64,000 bases of DNA from Hormiphora californensis (GCA_020137815.1 CM035354.1:2914001-2978000), one strand, 5' to 3'; positions 34,258-60,876 are shown, numbered from the stretch's first letter. The notes: generated from the sequence alone by a model not told the origin. Numbers and translations: made by a program.

Positions 34258-37200
34258 ATGGTTTTATGGATATTACTGTTTCATCTTTACTCTGTCTCGA
34301 CTCACTACTTTGATGCAGATGAGGTTAACTTCCTAAAGTACAACCTTGAAATCACAGCGAAACCTATTCTAAGAAAGGAGGTACTAACTAATATTCTTCC
34401 CAATTCCTATTCCTTATTTTGTTCATTCTCCCAAATCTATTCCTTATTTTTTTCATTCTCCCAAGTCTATTCCTTGTTCAAAGCAAGGCAACCTATCATA
34501 TCCCTGCTGCTGATATTATTATACTGTGGTGAAGATATACTTCACAGAGCTGTCAATAGTTTCCAATAATAAGACCCCCTCCCTCTACACCTACACGATA
34601 TTATATATGTGCACCTTTAATAATCACGCTCCCTCTCTTTGCAGATGTGTATCTCAATTCCCCCCCCCTCCCTCTCTTTGCAGGTGCCAAACAGTTCTCT
34701 GCGACTGAAATCCAAGTATCTCCAGGAATATTCATGCTCCCTTCCGGAGGTGAAATTCAAACAGGACGAACAACTGGAACATGTTTTTGCCGTATCACCC
34801 AAACTGTTGAGGGATAAACACTGCGTTTTTAGGGTGAGTAATTAGTGAATAATTAGTGAATAATTAATGAATAATTAGTGAATACTCAGTGAATACTCAG
34901 TGATATTAATCGATATAAAATATATTCCCCATTCAGACGAAAGGGTATTGGACTTACAAGTTGTGTTTTGGAGAGAGCATTGTACAATACCATATTGACC
35001 GTGAGTTTTCATTGGTAACGAAGTTACCCCTCCCTTGCCGGCGCGCGAAGCCCGCCAAACGAGTGTGAGGTGTCCACACAGCCCAGATCTTTTTCGTTTT
35101 AGTTCTCTCGGAATATGATTTCTATCCTCTCTTCCCTAGATCCCTCAAAAGTACGTGAGGTACCAAAAGAGCACACTGTTATTGGGAATTTTGAGGATGA
35201 TTACAACTTCTTTGAAAAACTCCAAAACACGGTTAGTTTCCATTTACCCAATGCCGAATCCGATTGGCTTGGATTTGAATGCATCATGTAGATATTGGAC
35301 GGAATACAAATTTTACCCGCCTGACCCTTTCTGTTCAATACATTTTGTAACGCGCGATGTTTCACCTCCAAAGTGTCAGCATTTCACGCACGCGCGTTCT
35401 ACTTCATTATAACTGAGAATTGCTTGTTCTACGTTGCAGTATCAATAACATTTGAATTTTGATAACTTTACCTTTGAGCCAAGTGGTTAGTGGCCAGCCT
35501 AGGGCTCTAACATGATGAGGTTAATCCGACCGTAGTAGATTTGTTGTTTACAGACCCAGATCAGCAAATTAAATCTCGCACAACACCCCTTCGGCCCCCT
35601 CCAAATCAAAAGATATCTCACAAAAGTGTCTTCTTCAGAAAATTCGTTACTACGAACAGCTACCCCGGAACTATAAGCAGTATTATGGTGGCGGTGATGT
35701 ATGTGATGAGAATGGAGGGCATACACGGAAAGCAATAGTCACGGTAAGTTGACCCTTGTACTTTTTCAGTGACATGCGACTAAATTCCTTGATTTGTTTC
35801 TAAAATTACTGTTTTTAAACTCGGTCCGCCCTTCTATGTCTAATACCTGGGCTCCTAGAGTTCGTTTTCAGTCCCTCGCCCTACTATAACAGCTAACCCC
35901 CATCCCTATACTAGTTACTACTACCGTCTGACCCCTACCACAGCCCTCCCTCCCACAGTTTGTATGTGACACCTCCCTCCCACAGTTTGTATGTTACACC
36001 GCCCTCCCTCCCACAGTTTGTATGTTACACCGCCCTCCCACAGTTTGTATGTTACACCGCCCTCCCACAGTTTGTATGTTACACCGCCCTCCCACAGTTT
36101 GTATGTGACATGGACACAGTCACGGACTTCATAGCAAAGATTGACGAAAAGGAGCTTTGTGTTTACAAGATGGTAGTTCACACTTCCAGAATGTGTTTAC
36201 ACCCCTTCTTTTACGAGGGACAAAACTCACTCCGCCACAAGATTTCGTGTCGGCCCATTGTGGCCGATATGGCACCTGCCCTTCCAAACAAGAAGGAGAT
36301 CAAAACTGCCCCTGCGAGTTCAGAGATGACGGCTCTTGGGGTAAGGCGGGAACCAGTCCAACCAAACTGGGTCGGTGCCAATCCTTCCTCTCCCTACCAC
36401 GATTTGAAAAGTTATATAGGTGGGTAATATATTGTAGTTTCCCCTCCTTCTTTTGACCTTCTTTGGGATTCTTTCCTGGGAAGTTCTCACGGAACAATAT
36501 ACTGGACAATAGATTCTAGCGGTACCTCTCTTAGTGGTATTTAGCAACGTCACTAAGAGAGGAACACTTGAAATCTAGTGTTCTATAGAACATGCACTAG
36601 ATTTCAAGGGTGCCCTTTACCCCAGCTTCACTACACTGTCCACTGTATATTTGTCATACTACTATGACGAAATAGTTTTTATTGAAAGTGTTAGAGGGCT
36701 CAAAAGTTACATCACTGATGGATATGATTCATACTATACCTGTCAGAGCATACTATACCGGAGTCTGCTAAAGTATTGGCCGTGAAATGAAATAATATTG
36801 GCAGTTTTCTGGGTATTTACCCCCTCCCTCTCCTCGACCCTTTACAAATGTCAAGGAGGGTTAGAACATAACAACCCCTCTCCCCAGAGGAGCTATTGGA
36901 TGAGGAGAAACAGGGTCCTATCAGACTGCTGAAACAGATGTTCAGGGATGCCCTGAAGAAACTAAAGAATGACTTCACCGACGCTAAAGATGCCCGTTCG
37001 TCAATGTCAAGTGACCCTGTTCTCTCACAGATCGATCTAGACAAAATCACTGATGAGGATATGGACGCCCTTTTTAAATCCGAAGAGGTATTAATTAAAT
37101 TATTAGTTAATTAAGTAATTAAATACTGTCTTTACGGTGCTCTCAGCCGCCATTTCATATATGGTACTTGTTCCCAATTCCCACACTTAAAACTTGCTAA

Positions 37201-37820
37201 CTCCTTTCTTCTCCCTACCCCACACTCCACACGTGATATCTCACAGTCTTTTGTGAGACAACACATTCTCCAAATGCATTGCCTAGCTAGACCCTGTTCC
37301 GTAAAGGGAGGGTTAAAACGTAACAACACATTCAATGATCCCCCTCAGTTAGAGGGAGTGATATCCAAGATAGCGAGGGAAACACACTACGATGCAGTGA
37401 GACAGATCCAGGAAAGGAAGGCCAACAAACATATCGAGATTAAAGTACTCTACAAGTGAGTTTTAGGATAGTTTAATTGCCTAGTATGTATCAGTAATTG
37501 GCTAGTAATTGAAAGTCTCAGATTTGCCGATGCTGAGGCTAGAGTCGCTCGTGAGTGAATGTGGTACAAGTTGTGATCTATTTCACAGGGATGAGAATGG
37601 CAACATGAAGTTGAGTGATCCGGACGATAAGGGTACAGATATGCAGTACACAGTTCTCCAGCTGCTAGATGCTGGCAACGAGGAGCGAGTGGAGAGGTAC
37701 CGGCAACAGCGGCTACTTAATGGGTACCATTACCAAGACACAAGTGGTAGTGGTGGTGAAGTTGGGGAGGGGAGGGAAGAGGAGACTCAGGGACAATCTG
37801 ATGATAAAAATAAGATTTAG
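34258..37820 (+). CDS. OS9: OS-9-like ER lectin (MRH domain)
   Basis: Signal peptide; GYWTYKLCFGESIVQYH, QYYGGGDVCD, FVCD...CVYKMVVHTSRMCLHP. Exons ~34258-34380, 34684-34833, 34937-35000, 35140-35231, 35639-35743, 36098-36419, 36887-37087, 37349-37455, 37589-37820. Confidence 0.8.
35945..36107 (+). repeat. 27-bp array of acceptor + exon start (6 copies)
   Basis: ccctcccacag|tttgtatgttacaccg units. Confidence 0.9.
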
Positions 37821-38547
37821 GGGATCAGTTTAGTATGTACAGCGCTTTTTAATTCGTATTTGAAGTTTGATAAATCACAAATTTGATTAAGGAGGGGTCA
37901 GTTAGGGTTCGTTACGACGTTTACCCTCCTCCTATTCGTTTGACAAAAATAATATTATTCTTTTTCTCGTTTTTGGTAGTGTGTTGTGTAAGATAATATG
38001 AATAATTACTGAATGAAATTGTTAAATTTCAACTGCTAAACTTTTCATCAACACTGCGATATAGTTTGCTGTCAGGTCCCCGTTTCTAGAAAGTTCATAA
38101 TGCCCTCGAATAATGGGAAATTACTCAGCCATTTCTCTATTCAATGCTCCTATTTGCAACTAAAACATATAGTGGTATATATACGGCAGTTTTCAGGGAA
38201 AGATATATAATTGTTGAACCGCTCTTCCTCGGAAGACATGTATAAAACCACTTCCCCTCGTTTAATTTCCCCTCTTTAATTGAAAAACTAGGTAGTTTTT
38301 AAAATCGTTTTACATATTATTCAATCTAAAAACAACTTAACCCTCCAACCTAATACCTCTTTAACCATGTCCTTGTCAGGCACTAACCTGGTGCTGAGAT
38401 GGCAGTCTTATGTGAGACAAAACCATCCTAATTTAGCCATATTTTATCACATATCCCCTCTTACCCTCTAACCCTACTACCTGTTTAGCCATGTTTTACC
38501 ACATATCCATTATCCCTTTACCCTCTAACCCTACTACCTGTTTAGCC

Positions 38548-41082
38548 ATGTTTTATCACATGTCTCTGGAGCACAGGATCCTTCTTCATCCGCAATATTT
38601 TGGGCCGAGACTCATCGACATTGTGAAAAAGAAACTCTTTACCGAAGTAGAAGGTAGGAATCCTTGGTTACCATAGTTACCATCGTAGTAGTCCCTAATT
38701 ACCCAATGGTAACAATCAGGAACCGACCAAATCAGGAAATACTGGTCCCTGATTGGCTGATAACCAGTCACGTGACCTTAATAACGAGTTCTGATTGGTT
38801 GTTTACTTGTTTCGGTCGGTTCCTGGTAACAATTAATCCTTGTAATTCTTGTCAGGACCTGGAATTTTTGGGGGGCAAGCTAATTTTTCACCAAATGTTA
38901 CCCAAGGGTCCCCTGAGTCACCACAAAAAAGTCTAAGAGTGAAGTCCTTGCGGAGAGGTCATTTCCGGGCCACGCCCCTTTTTACCTGTATTATCAGTCA
39001 TAATTCCAAAATTATGTAAATCCTCTTAGGAAAAGAGTAGAGAAAAAACCAAGGGCACTTAAGTGATCAGCGTCCTCACATTAGTGGGGGTAGGTGCAAA
39101 AATTAAGTTTCTATCTGGTCGCGTTAATGAGTTAATTGGATAATTAGGTGCGCGAATAACCGTTTTTGGCCATATGGCTATAGCCACTTTGGAATGGTTT
39201 AGAGACTTTTCACTGGTGCCATTTTGTAGGCAATGGCTAACTTATGGGGGGTCGTGGTCGGACTTTTAAGCTCTATCTCCAACCGTTTAGCCGTTATTTG
39301 GATTCAAAGGTGCTGAAATGAGCACAAAGAGGCACAAAATCGGACTAATTACCATTTTTTGCTCATTTTCAGCACCTTTGAATCCAAATAACGGCTAAAC
39401 GGTTGGAGATAGAGCTTAAAAGTCCGACCACGACCCCCCATAAGTTAGCCATTGCCTACAAAATGGCACCAGTGAAAAGTCTCTAAACCATTCCAAAGTG
39501 GCTATAGCCATATGGCCAAAAACGGTTATTCGTGCACCTAATTATCCAATTAACTCATTAACGCGACTAGATAGAAACTTAATTTTTGCACCTACCCCCA
39601 CTAATGTGAGGACGCTGATAACTTAAGTGCCCTTGGTTTTTTCTCTACTCTTTTCCTAAGAGGATTTACATAATTTTGGAATTATGACTGATAATACAGG
39701 TAAAAAGGGGCGTGGCCCGGAAATGACCTCTCCGCAAGGACTTCACTCTTAGACTTTTTTGTGGTGACTCAGGGGACCCTTGGGTAACATTTGGTGAAAA
39801 ATTAGCTTGCCCCCCAAAAATTCCAGGTCCTGACAAGAATTACATGGTTTAAATGGTATGTACAATGCTAAATATCTTTCTCCCGCCAGGATCGTGTACC
39901 GGTGAACACGGATTTGTTGTAGCGGTAACGACCATCGACCACATTGGAAATGGTGTAATTGATCAGGGCCAGGGATCAGTCAACTTTCCCGTCAAGTACA
40001 AGGCTATCGTGTTTCGGCCCTTCAAAGGAGAGGTGGGTTGTTGGTGTAGCTAGCAGGAACCGACCGAATCAGGAAATACTGGTCCCTGATTGGCTGATAA
40101 CCAGTCACGTGACCTAAATAACGAGTTCTGATTGGTTGTTTACTTGTTTCGGTCGGTTCCTGGTAGCTAGGTTACCATAGTTACCATTGCATGGGTAAAC
40201 GCATGTGGGTTTTGTGAAGCTAGGTTACCGAGGCTCTTTTTCCCAAATAGTTTCTAACCGAGTTCCCCCCTCCAGGTGGTTGATGCAATAGTAACGGAAG
40301 TTAACAAAGTTGGAATATTCTGTGCAGTGGGCCCACTCAGTTGTTTCATTTCTCGACACAGTATTCCAGCGGACATGGAACATACAGCAGGTAAATATGA
40401 ATCAGGTGTTGTCATACATGGAACACACAGCAGGTAGTTCTGAATCAGGTGTTGTCATACCGCAGGTATAAATCTGAATCAGGTGTTGTCACACAGCAGG
40501 TATAAATCTAAATCAGGTGTTGTCACACAGCAGGTAAATCTGAATTAGGTGACGTCATACCGCACCCGGTTCGGAGAGGGCAGTCTTTTGTCAGGCAAAA
40601 ACAGTGGTGTGTGACTCAGATTCTCTCTGAATTATAGTAGCTATGTACTAGCTGGGGTAAATGACGCTGTTAGGGAGAAAAATTCTACCCTAAAATGCTC
40701 CTGCCCTAGCTATAAATTTTCCGAGTTTTTCTTCTAGCAAGTATTTCATTTGTCAAAGTTGTGGTATGGCGAGGCAAATGTCGAACCATCAGCACGTCAT
40801 TTTATGAGAATTGATCGGTTTGATGTGCCTGGTTACGAAGAAATGCAGTTGTTTCATAGTTATACCCCGCTCGCTCTCTCAGATATCTAGTTAATATAAC
40901 CCTTTCTCTCTCTCTCTCTGTCAGATACTGAGGCGGGTGAGTGCTATCAGAACATTGACGAGGGGATTGTGATCCAGAAAGATGATGAGATCAGATTAAA
41001 GATTATCGGAACACGAGTTGATGCCAATGATATCTTTGCAGTGGGATCACTCATGGACGATTTCCTGGGTTTAGTCAGTTGA
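38548..41082 (+). CDS. POLR2G: RNA polymerase II subunit RPB7
   Basis: [20 protein letters not shown]...[15 protein letters not shown]...[16 protein letters not shown]; exons 38548-38653, 39890-40032, 40276-40390, 40926-41082. Confidence 0.95.
38717..38824. mobile_element. hAT-type 108-bp MITE
   Basis: TSD gtaacaat. Confidence 0.9.
38841..39844. mobile_element. ~1-kb near-perfect foldback element
   Basis: ~490-bp inverted arms with a ~25-bp spacer, in RPB7 intron 1. Confidence 0.9.
40054..40161. mobile_element. hAT-type 108-bp MITE
   Basis: TSD gtagctag. Confidence 0.9.
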
Positions 41083-41255
41083 ACCTGCATATCATGGCGG
41101 CCCCGTGTAATACGAGTCACGTGATCTGTGTGTGTGTGTGTGTGTGTGTCACACGCACGTACTATTTTATTTGTGTATTGCAGACCTATATAGCCAACAA
41201 CATCTTTTTATTTTAACCAAACTGTAAGAACAGTGTTTTTCCATTGATCTGAAAC

Positions 41256-41362
41256 AGGAACCGACCGAAACAAGTAAACAACCAATCAGAACTCGTTATT
41301 TAGGTCACATGACTGGTTATCAGCCAATCAGGGACCAGTATTTCCTGATTCGGTCGGTTCCT
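41256..41362. mobile_element. hAT-type 108-bp MITE
   Basis: TIRs intact, partial TSD atctga. Confidence 0.85.
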
Positions 41363-41656
41363 GATCTGATGAACTATATTGGAGTCAGACGTTCCACTCA
41401 AAGTAAAGTTTCCTTTTTCAAACTTCTGGGAGACGTCTTACTCCAACATGATATATTATCATGCATTATATCAGTCTAGCAAAATCTTGATCATACCCTA
41501 CAGGTTGGCTCCATTGCAACCTATGTGAGATCAATCTCAGTCAATCAATGTGGCCAACCCCACAGGGTGTGGAGGCGCCAGAAACGCTCTTATACAGTTG
41601 ATAATATGGTTGATATAAATGTTGATGAAGTATACCCATCATATTCACAGAGATGA

Positions 41657-41837
41657 CTTGTCAGGAAGGTGTCCAAATCTTAACCAGTTGATGCTAAGAA
41701 TGCTTTTAGAGGGCTGAGGGGGGGTATAATTGCTAATATCAATGATATAGCGAAAAGTAACAGTAATTATACCCGCCTCTAAAAGGGGCCCTATTCTCAG
41801 CAGCAACTGATTAAGATTTGGACACCTTCCTGACAAG
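41657..41837. mobile_element. Small MITE-like inverted repeat
   Basis: cttgtcaggaaggtgtccaaatcttaa / ttaagatttggacaccttcctgacaag. Confidence 0.7.
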
Positions 41838-42140
41838 TACTTCCTCAACAATTATTTGGAACATTCTAAGTAACAGGATCAACCCATCCTCCCGCCGCTC
41901 GACCTTATCAAGTTCTGTCCCAACGGTAATAAATGTAAGTGATCGTGTTTGTGTTATTGGTTTAAGTATTGTACCTATACCCCCCGGCCCTTGTTCATGT
42001 TGAGTTACTCAACAACGCCCACCCATATAACAGTTAGTTATTGGGTACAGTTACCCCCTACTGCTCAATCAGTTGATTGTGTACATTTGTAAGTTCACCT
42101 GTGCTGCAGGGGGTTGCATGTATGTACACATATTTGTTAC

Positions 42141-42172
<32 letters not shown>

Positions 42173-42489
42173 AATCTATGTGTTCTCTCTTTGCTAGTTG
42201 GTTATATTCTGTGATTTGTTTCCCTATTCTCCTGTTTTCTTTGTTTCCCTTACTCAATTTTTTCTTGTTTCGTCCGTTTGTAACTGTTCTGTGGCATGAC
42301 TGAGACTCTACCCCCCCCCCCCCCCAGAGTGAGACCCAAGCTTCCCATATAATCTGTAACCATGGCGACCCACAGTCCAGTGCATGCACTCCATCCATAG
42401 TACGATATTATGTTCCTTACCGCGGCACTCTCTCTTAGCAATTGAATAACAAATATGGAGAGATTCTCTCTCTCCCTTTATTATTCAAT

Positions 42490-42567
<78 letters not shown>

Positions 42568-42624
42568 AAGAGAGAGAGAAGAGAGAGAGAAGAGAGAGAG
42601 AGAGAGAATGCAGCTCTGTAAGTT

Positions 42625-42638
42625 GTTTCCATGGTGAC
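42625..42638. promoter_or_regulatory. X-box-like motif upstream of ECT2L
   Basis: GTTTCCATGGTGAC ~80 bp before the ATG; another (gtaaccatggcgac) at ~42356. Confidence 0.45.
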
Positions 42639-42719
42639 CGAACATTTCGTTATCAGCGTGTGTGTGTGTGTGTTGTGCTCTAGGATTCTAAATCTGTTGT
42701 GTGTTGTGTGAGTTGCACT

Positions 42720-55123
<12,404 letters not shown>

Positions 55124-56387
55124 AAATGTTTTTTTTGTAGAGGGTAAAATAATTAATTTCAACAAAACAAATTATAAAATGTCTTTGATATTCTCTACTC
55201 GAGCCCCTATCACCAGTGAATACGTGGAAACCTGACTTGGGTTCACTTGTATTTTGGGTTACATGTCTGACGGCGCCGACCCGATCTGAACGCATTGAGC
55301 GAGAGGGGGTTGACGTCGTGAGAACCCAGACAGTAGGGTACGGGCCAACACATTGAACAGTTCGTCCCGTTTTAACAGAACAGAGACAGTACGAACAGTT
55401 CAACCAACACCACGATGTGTCGGTGTGTGTCATTTGAGGCAGTTTTGGCCCGCTCTGTTCGGAGGGGCCGCGCGATAAAACGTGTTCTGTGGCCTCGCGC
55501 GCTACACACACTCAATTCTCAAAAGTGCGCCGGGACTGTTGCCACAAATTCATATCAATGTCCAATATGTCACTTTTTCACGAATAATTGTCTTTTTAGG
55601 GCTGGAGCCGGTGTCTGAAGTTGTGTTCTACTGCAGCTCTTCAAGGTTTGGTATCCAGAAAGCCTGAAACAGAGGCGAAATATTGTAAATGATGGCCGGG
55701 GAGTTGAAAACTCCACAGTACAGTCGGACCCTGATATACCAGAACATTGCCTTACTCGACCCTATTCCCCGCGCCCATAACGACCTCGGTTTACCGGGAG
55801 GATAAACTTCACCCGATATAGGAAACAGTATTTCACCCCGATTTGCCTGGAAAACCCCTTTCCCCCGAGCATCCCGGTAAATCGGGGTCCGACTAAACAA
55901 GGAATGCCCCCCCCCCCCAAGTACAACAAAGTACATTAACCATCCCATCGTGGCTCCTCTCCAAATTATCAGATCTCTAAAATCTTTAATAATTATCCTC
56001 GCTACTATAATTTCCCTACTGCTCTACTGCGGAAGCATGTTCCATTTAACATTGCTATGTAATACCATCAACCCCCCCCCCCCAGGTACATTAACCATCA
56101 TGTTGTCTTGGCCCCTCTCCAAATTGCCCGACTACCCGGTCTATAAAATCTAACAACTCTCCCCTACTGCTCTGTGACGTTAGTTGGTAAATACTTTCAT
56201 CCGACTTCAAATTGGTACTTGAAGGACAGCTAACGCAGAGCTGTCTAACCTCGTATTTATAACTACTTCAGCGAAGTCTATTTAGTGGGCTAGTAGCCGC
56301 TATTTTTACTAAAGATAAAATGACACTCGAGATGCTTAACTACTTGATTCTGCCCCTCAGAGAGTTTATTAGAAGGACAGTTAGTTG

Positions 56388-57147
56388 TAACGGGTGATAA
56401 CTAAAAGATGTCACAAATTTAAAACAGCTGTAGAATTTTTCCCTTATGAGATACAGCTTCGGGCCAGTTATAGAACGATTTTTCAGACAATTTTGAATCG
56501 GAATAGTATACCGGCAAAACCTAAAAAGTTCATTTTTATTGCGATATCTGATCATTTCATCTTATCCCACCAAAGCATGTAGTACGGAGATTTGAAACTT
56601 CTATGTGATCAGAAATGACTTTTCCGATGAGATAAAATTCTAATAATTGGAGGTTTGGTTGTTCATGCTATAGTCAACATAACTGCCAAGTTTGAACATT
56701 TTAGCTCATTAAGAAATTGGTTTTCACGGTTATTAATGTTTCAAGAGATCGTCGAAATGGCGATTTCTCAAATTACCTGTAAACTACGCTTTGTTACAGA
56801 AGATTCTGATCAGGAAATTGAGATTTATGAAGTTTGAAACAAAGTTAATTTTGTTCAAAATTGTCTGATAAATCATTCTATCACTGTCCCGAAGCTGAAT
56901 CTTGAACAGAACAGGTGCTAGAGGTGCTAGAAAAGTGTGTAAATTTCACGTACTAAATGCTTTGGTGGGGCAAAAGGAAATGATGTGATATCGCAATGAA
57001 AACGAACTTTTTAGTCTTTGCCGGTATATTATTCCGATTCAAAATTGTCTGAAAAATCGTTTTATAACTGGCCCGAAGCTGTATCTCAAAAGGGAAAAAT
57101 TCTACAGCTGTTTTAAATTTGTGACATCTTTTAGTTATCACCCGTTA
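56388..57147. mobile_element. Mariner-like non-autonomous element, ~200-bp TIRs
   Basis: TAACGGGTGATAACTAAAAG / CTTTTAGTTATCACCCGTTA. Confidence 0.85.
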
Positions 57148-57510
57148 AGAGCAAGTGATATGTTGATGGTTAGACTATATAAGAGAGAGAATATAGAAAT
57201 AGAATTGGACCCTCCTATTCTCCCTTATATTATCTCTCACTTACGTAGAACTTAGAACAGCCAGGGCTACTTCAAAGATGACAGGACGTCGAGACGCTGT
57301 TCAACCACTCAGATGTGGTAACTTTCTAACCAACATCAAAGACTAAAACTCTTAGTTTCTCTCCCCGTTTCTCTCTGTACAATGCTGCAACTCAAATTTC
57401 GATAGGTGCATGCAAGATTAAGGAGGAGGGGGGATAACAAGTAGAGATATTGGTCGCTGATACACAATTTGCACCAATATTTTAACGAAGTTAAGAACAA
57501 TGTATTAGCC

Positions 57511-57717
57511 AAATTATACCAAAACTAATTAAAATTAGTAGGCCGGAAAGGTTGCCCTATGATTTGAGCTAACTTTGGCACCGGCACATTACCTTTTGAA
57601 GATAGACGAAGCATCTGTACCCTGTTTGTAGCCCGTGAATGTTACGGTGGCAAAGTTAGCTCAAATCATAGGGCAACCTTTCCGGCCTACTAATTTTAAT
57701 TAGTTTTGGTATAATTT
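57511..57717. repeat. Inverted repeat, ~70-bp arms
   Basis: aaattataccaaaactaattaaaattagtaggccgg and its reverse complement. Confidence 0.85.
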
Positions 57718-59226
57718 GTATCATTTTTGGGATTTTTTATCCATTTAGATGTAGTAGAACAGGTACGGATAGTATGGAATCGCTAAATTGAAAAAATTTC
57801 ATTTTTGACGTCATTTTGACGTCATAAAATGACGTCACGACGTCACAATTAAAACGTCATATCATCGGGATTACCTAGATAAAGATACTGACCAAGTTTG
57901 AGATCGATTGGATGATATCTGAGTCCGCTATGGCGAAAAAACCCATATCGTCATATCTATTTTTTCCCTGCCCGGGTGGATGCCCGAAGGGCATCCACCC
58001 GGATGATCGTTTTAGCACGTGTGCTAAAAAGATCATAAAGGGTTTAGAAATCTCGGATTTGAAATAGTAACTCGAGCGTGGTCAAAATCGCGTGTGTCAC
58101 GGTAGCAGCATAGTAACTGCTCCTTCATAAAATCAAATAACTGTTTTGATGAAATATGATGTCAGGACGCTTATTTTTCAAAGCTGTGCGCGGCGCTCAC
58201 AACACTGTTGCTGAAGGGGTGAGGGTAGAGTAAAACAGCTGTGTAACTGCATATACAATGTATATGCAGTTGTATGTATATTATACATACAGGACGCATG
58301 CATCTCACATTGTGACCAAGCCTTGATATTGTGATACTGATAGTGTGATACTGATCCTGTCGACGGAGGGCAGGGAAACACCGCATTATGAATACATAAT
58401 GCAATAATTCTTGTTAAACAGTCATAACACTTCAGACGCGTTTTAAGACCCTTATACATGTAGTTTTGAAAATTCGCTATATAGTTTCTGAAAGTTTAGA
58501 CAATTCTCTTTCCATGATATAGTCTTCGTTTTTCGATTAGAATCCGTCTTCCGGGTCTAAATTGAACTCAAAGAATTTTGGTCAGAGTCTGAAAAATGAC
58601 GACTTTAAGACGTTCTGTAGGACGTTCCTGGCGATTAAAAGAGACCCCATATCGACTAATGCACACACATCCAGTAGATCTACCAGCTGTGAAAACGAGA
58701 AGTTTCTATCTCTTTTCGTTTGGCGTGAATATGGTTTATAAAAAGCGTCTCTCCTACGCGCGCGCGCATATGTGTTACACTGAATCTAGGGCAAATGGGA
58801 CCTGTCTGTAACTTCAGTTCCAGATGAGATAGAGACTTGAAATTTTGAACTTAAGTTAATGACCACGAGCCGGGTATACATTCCAAATTTCAAGTCAAAC
58901 GGATGAATGGGAGCCATGCTATAGCCTTCTGAAATCTGGGTTTTCAGTCAAAACACCCATAAAACGTATAACTGCGTTTCTGGCGGCGCTTTGCTGTTTG
59001 GGGGAGGGGGAATGGCAACCTTTGCGCTTGCCAGCGCAGTGATAAAGTTGTATTTGAGACAGAATACCACACTCTTTTTTAGAGGATAGTAATAACGTGA
59101 AATCTTTATAAAACAAAGGTAGCATAAAAACTCTACTAAAGAGAATTAAACGTCTGTAACCTCATATCAAATCATGCATGTTAATGTATTCAGAGTTCAG
59201 CAGTATAATTAGTTTCGGCTTCTTCT

Positions 59227-60499
59227 CTATCCTGAGAAGACAAAGTTGAACATTGGGACGGCAACAATAGCACCAACAATGGGTCCAAACAAATACACCT
59301 GCAGAAAGGGGGGTGTTAGGATAGGAAAAGAGACTGCTAAAGGATGAAACAGTTCATTATATTAGCAAAACAGCCAAGTACCAACACAAACACATGTATT
59401 GTTTATTAACAACGTACCCAGAACTGGTCAGTTTTGATTCCGGTAACAACATTCCAGACAGTCCCTCGGACAGGGTTGATTCCGCAGTTGGTGTAAGGAA
59501 TCTGGGGGGGGGGGGGGGGGTGAGACATGAGGTATGTAAAATGTGAAACTGAACTTAAAATTTAAGTAGTCGATTGAAGTACGTACCAGGAAAATGTGCA
59601 TAATGAGAATGGAAATTCCGATTGCCAGCGGTGTAAGGTAGGTCTTGGTTTGTTCTCGTCGCTCGTTGATACTCGCTAGAATGGTCAGGATAAGGAACAA
59701 GGTCCCGAATGCCTCCAAGAAGAAGGCCTGGGCTCCATTTATCGAGGCAGGATCGTAAGCATTTGCTCCAGAAATAGCAACAGAGATGTTCTGGTGATTA
59801 CCAAGGCCGTAAAGTGCACCTGGGTAAAATACTCTAGAGTACTGTATGGTAACGGCCGGAATAGCTTCCATACCCTGTCAATAGGGTATAGCCTATAGAT
59901 TAAAAAACATGAAAATGAGACATCATGTAAATCTGAAGCTGGCAACGGTACCTGCGCCGGCGAAACCTCCAATAAACTGGCAGACAATATAGACGAGAGC
60001 ACGAATAAGGCTGATTCGGGCGTCTAGTAGGAGGGCCACAGAAACTGCAGGATTCACGTTTCCTCCACTGACCGGTCCAATAATATGAACAATCGTTCCA
60101 ATACCTATTATATGATGATGAACGGGAGTCTGGATTTATTGGTATGCGTGGAATGGAAGGGATATCATAGCACGGGATAAAATAATATATTCTTACCGAG
60201 CCCAAAGGCTAGAGAAATGGAAATGAAGTAGTTGGGAGCGTCCTCTAGAGAGCGAGTTCAATGTCCTGGAGTTGGCAGATCCAACGCAGAAGAGGATTAG
60301 CATGAAAGTACCGAGAAGTTCGGCAGCTCCAGCCTTAACAAGATCCAGATTAACATCCTCCATCCCAAGAGACCATCTCCTCTGGAATATGCGTGAGTGA
60401 GTCAAAAATAAGTTCAACTAAGTCTTCGAATAGGAAATATTGAAAGGGAATTTAGTTCTGACGTACCTTGTTAGCCTCTTGTGCTTCTTCTTTTCCCAT
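59227..60499 (-). CDS. Aquaporin (MIP family)
   Basis: AELLGTF, ISLAFG, VSGGNVNPAVS, LEAFGT, LAIG, YTNCGINPVR, WVYLFGPIVGA; six exons; apparent +1 indel near 60245. Confidence 0.9.
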
Positions 60500-60702
60500 G
60501 GTTGTGTTACTGGTAACGACACGAGCTACAAATCAAACGGAAATGAAGATACTGTAAGGATATGATTCACGACCCGAATTGTTCAAACTGCTCCTTTATA
60601 AAACAAGTCAATGTACCAAAATGAAATTATCAAAGATGCAAAGTGCACATAGCTGATGTGAAAACAGAATGCGATCAAATGAAGGGTCACGTTCATATAA
60701 TA

Positions 60703-60876
60703 CAGTCGGACCCCGATTTAGTGGCCCCCGATTTAGTGGCACCCCGATTTAGTGGCAGGATTTTTTTCCCCCGATATAGGAAATTAACATTATTTGGCCC
60801 CGATTTAGTGGCACCCCGATTTAGTGGCAGGATCCCCCCCCCCCCCCAAGGATGCCACTAAATCGGGGTCCAACTG
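60703..60876. mobile_element. CAGTCGGAC MITE (further partial copies 55721-55893, 61380-61505)
   Basis: TIRs and TA flanks. Confidence 0.85.
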
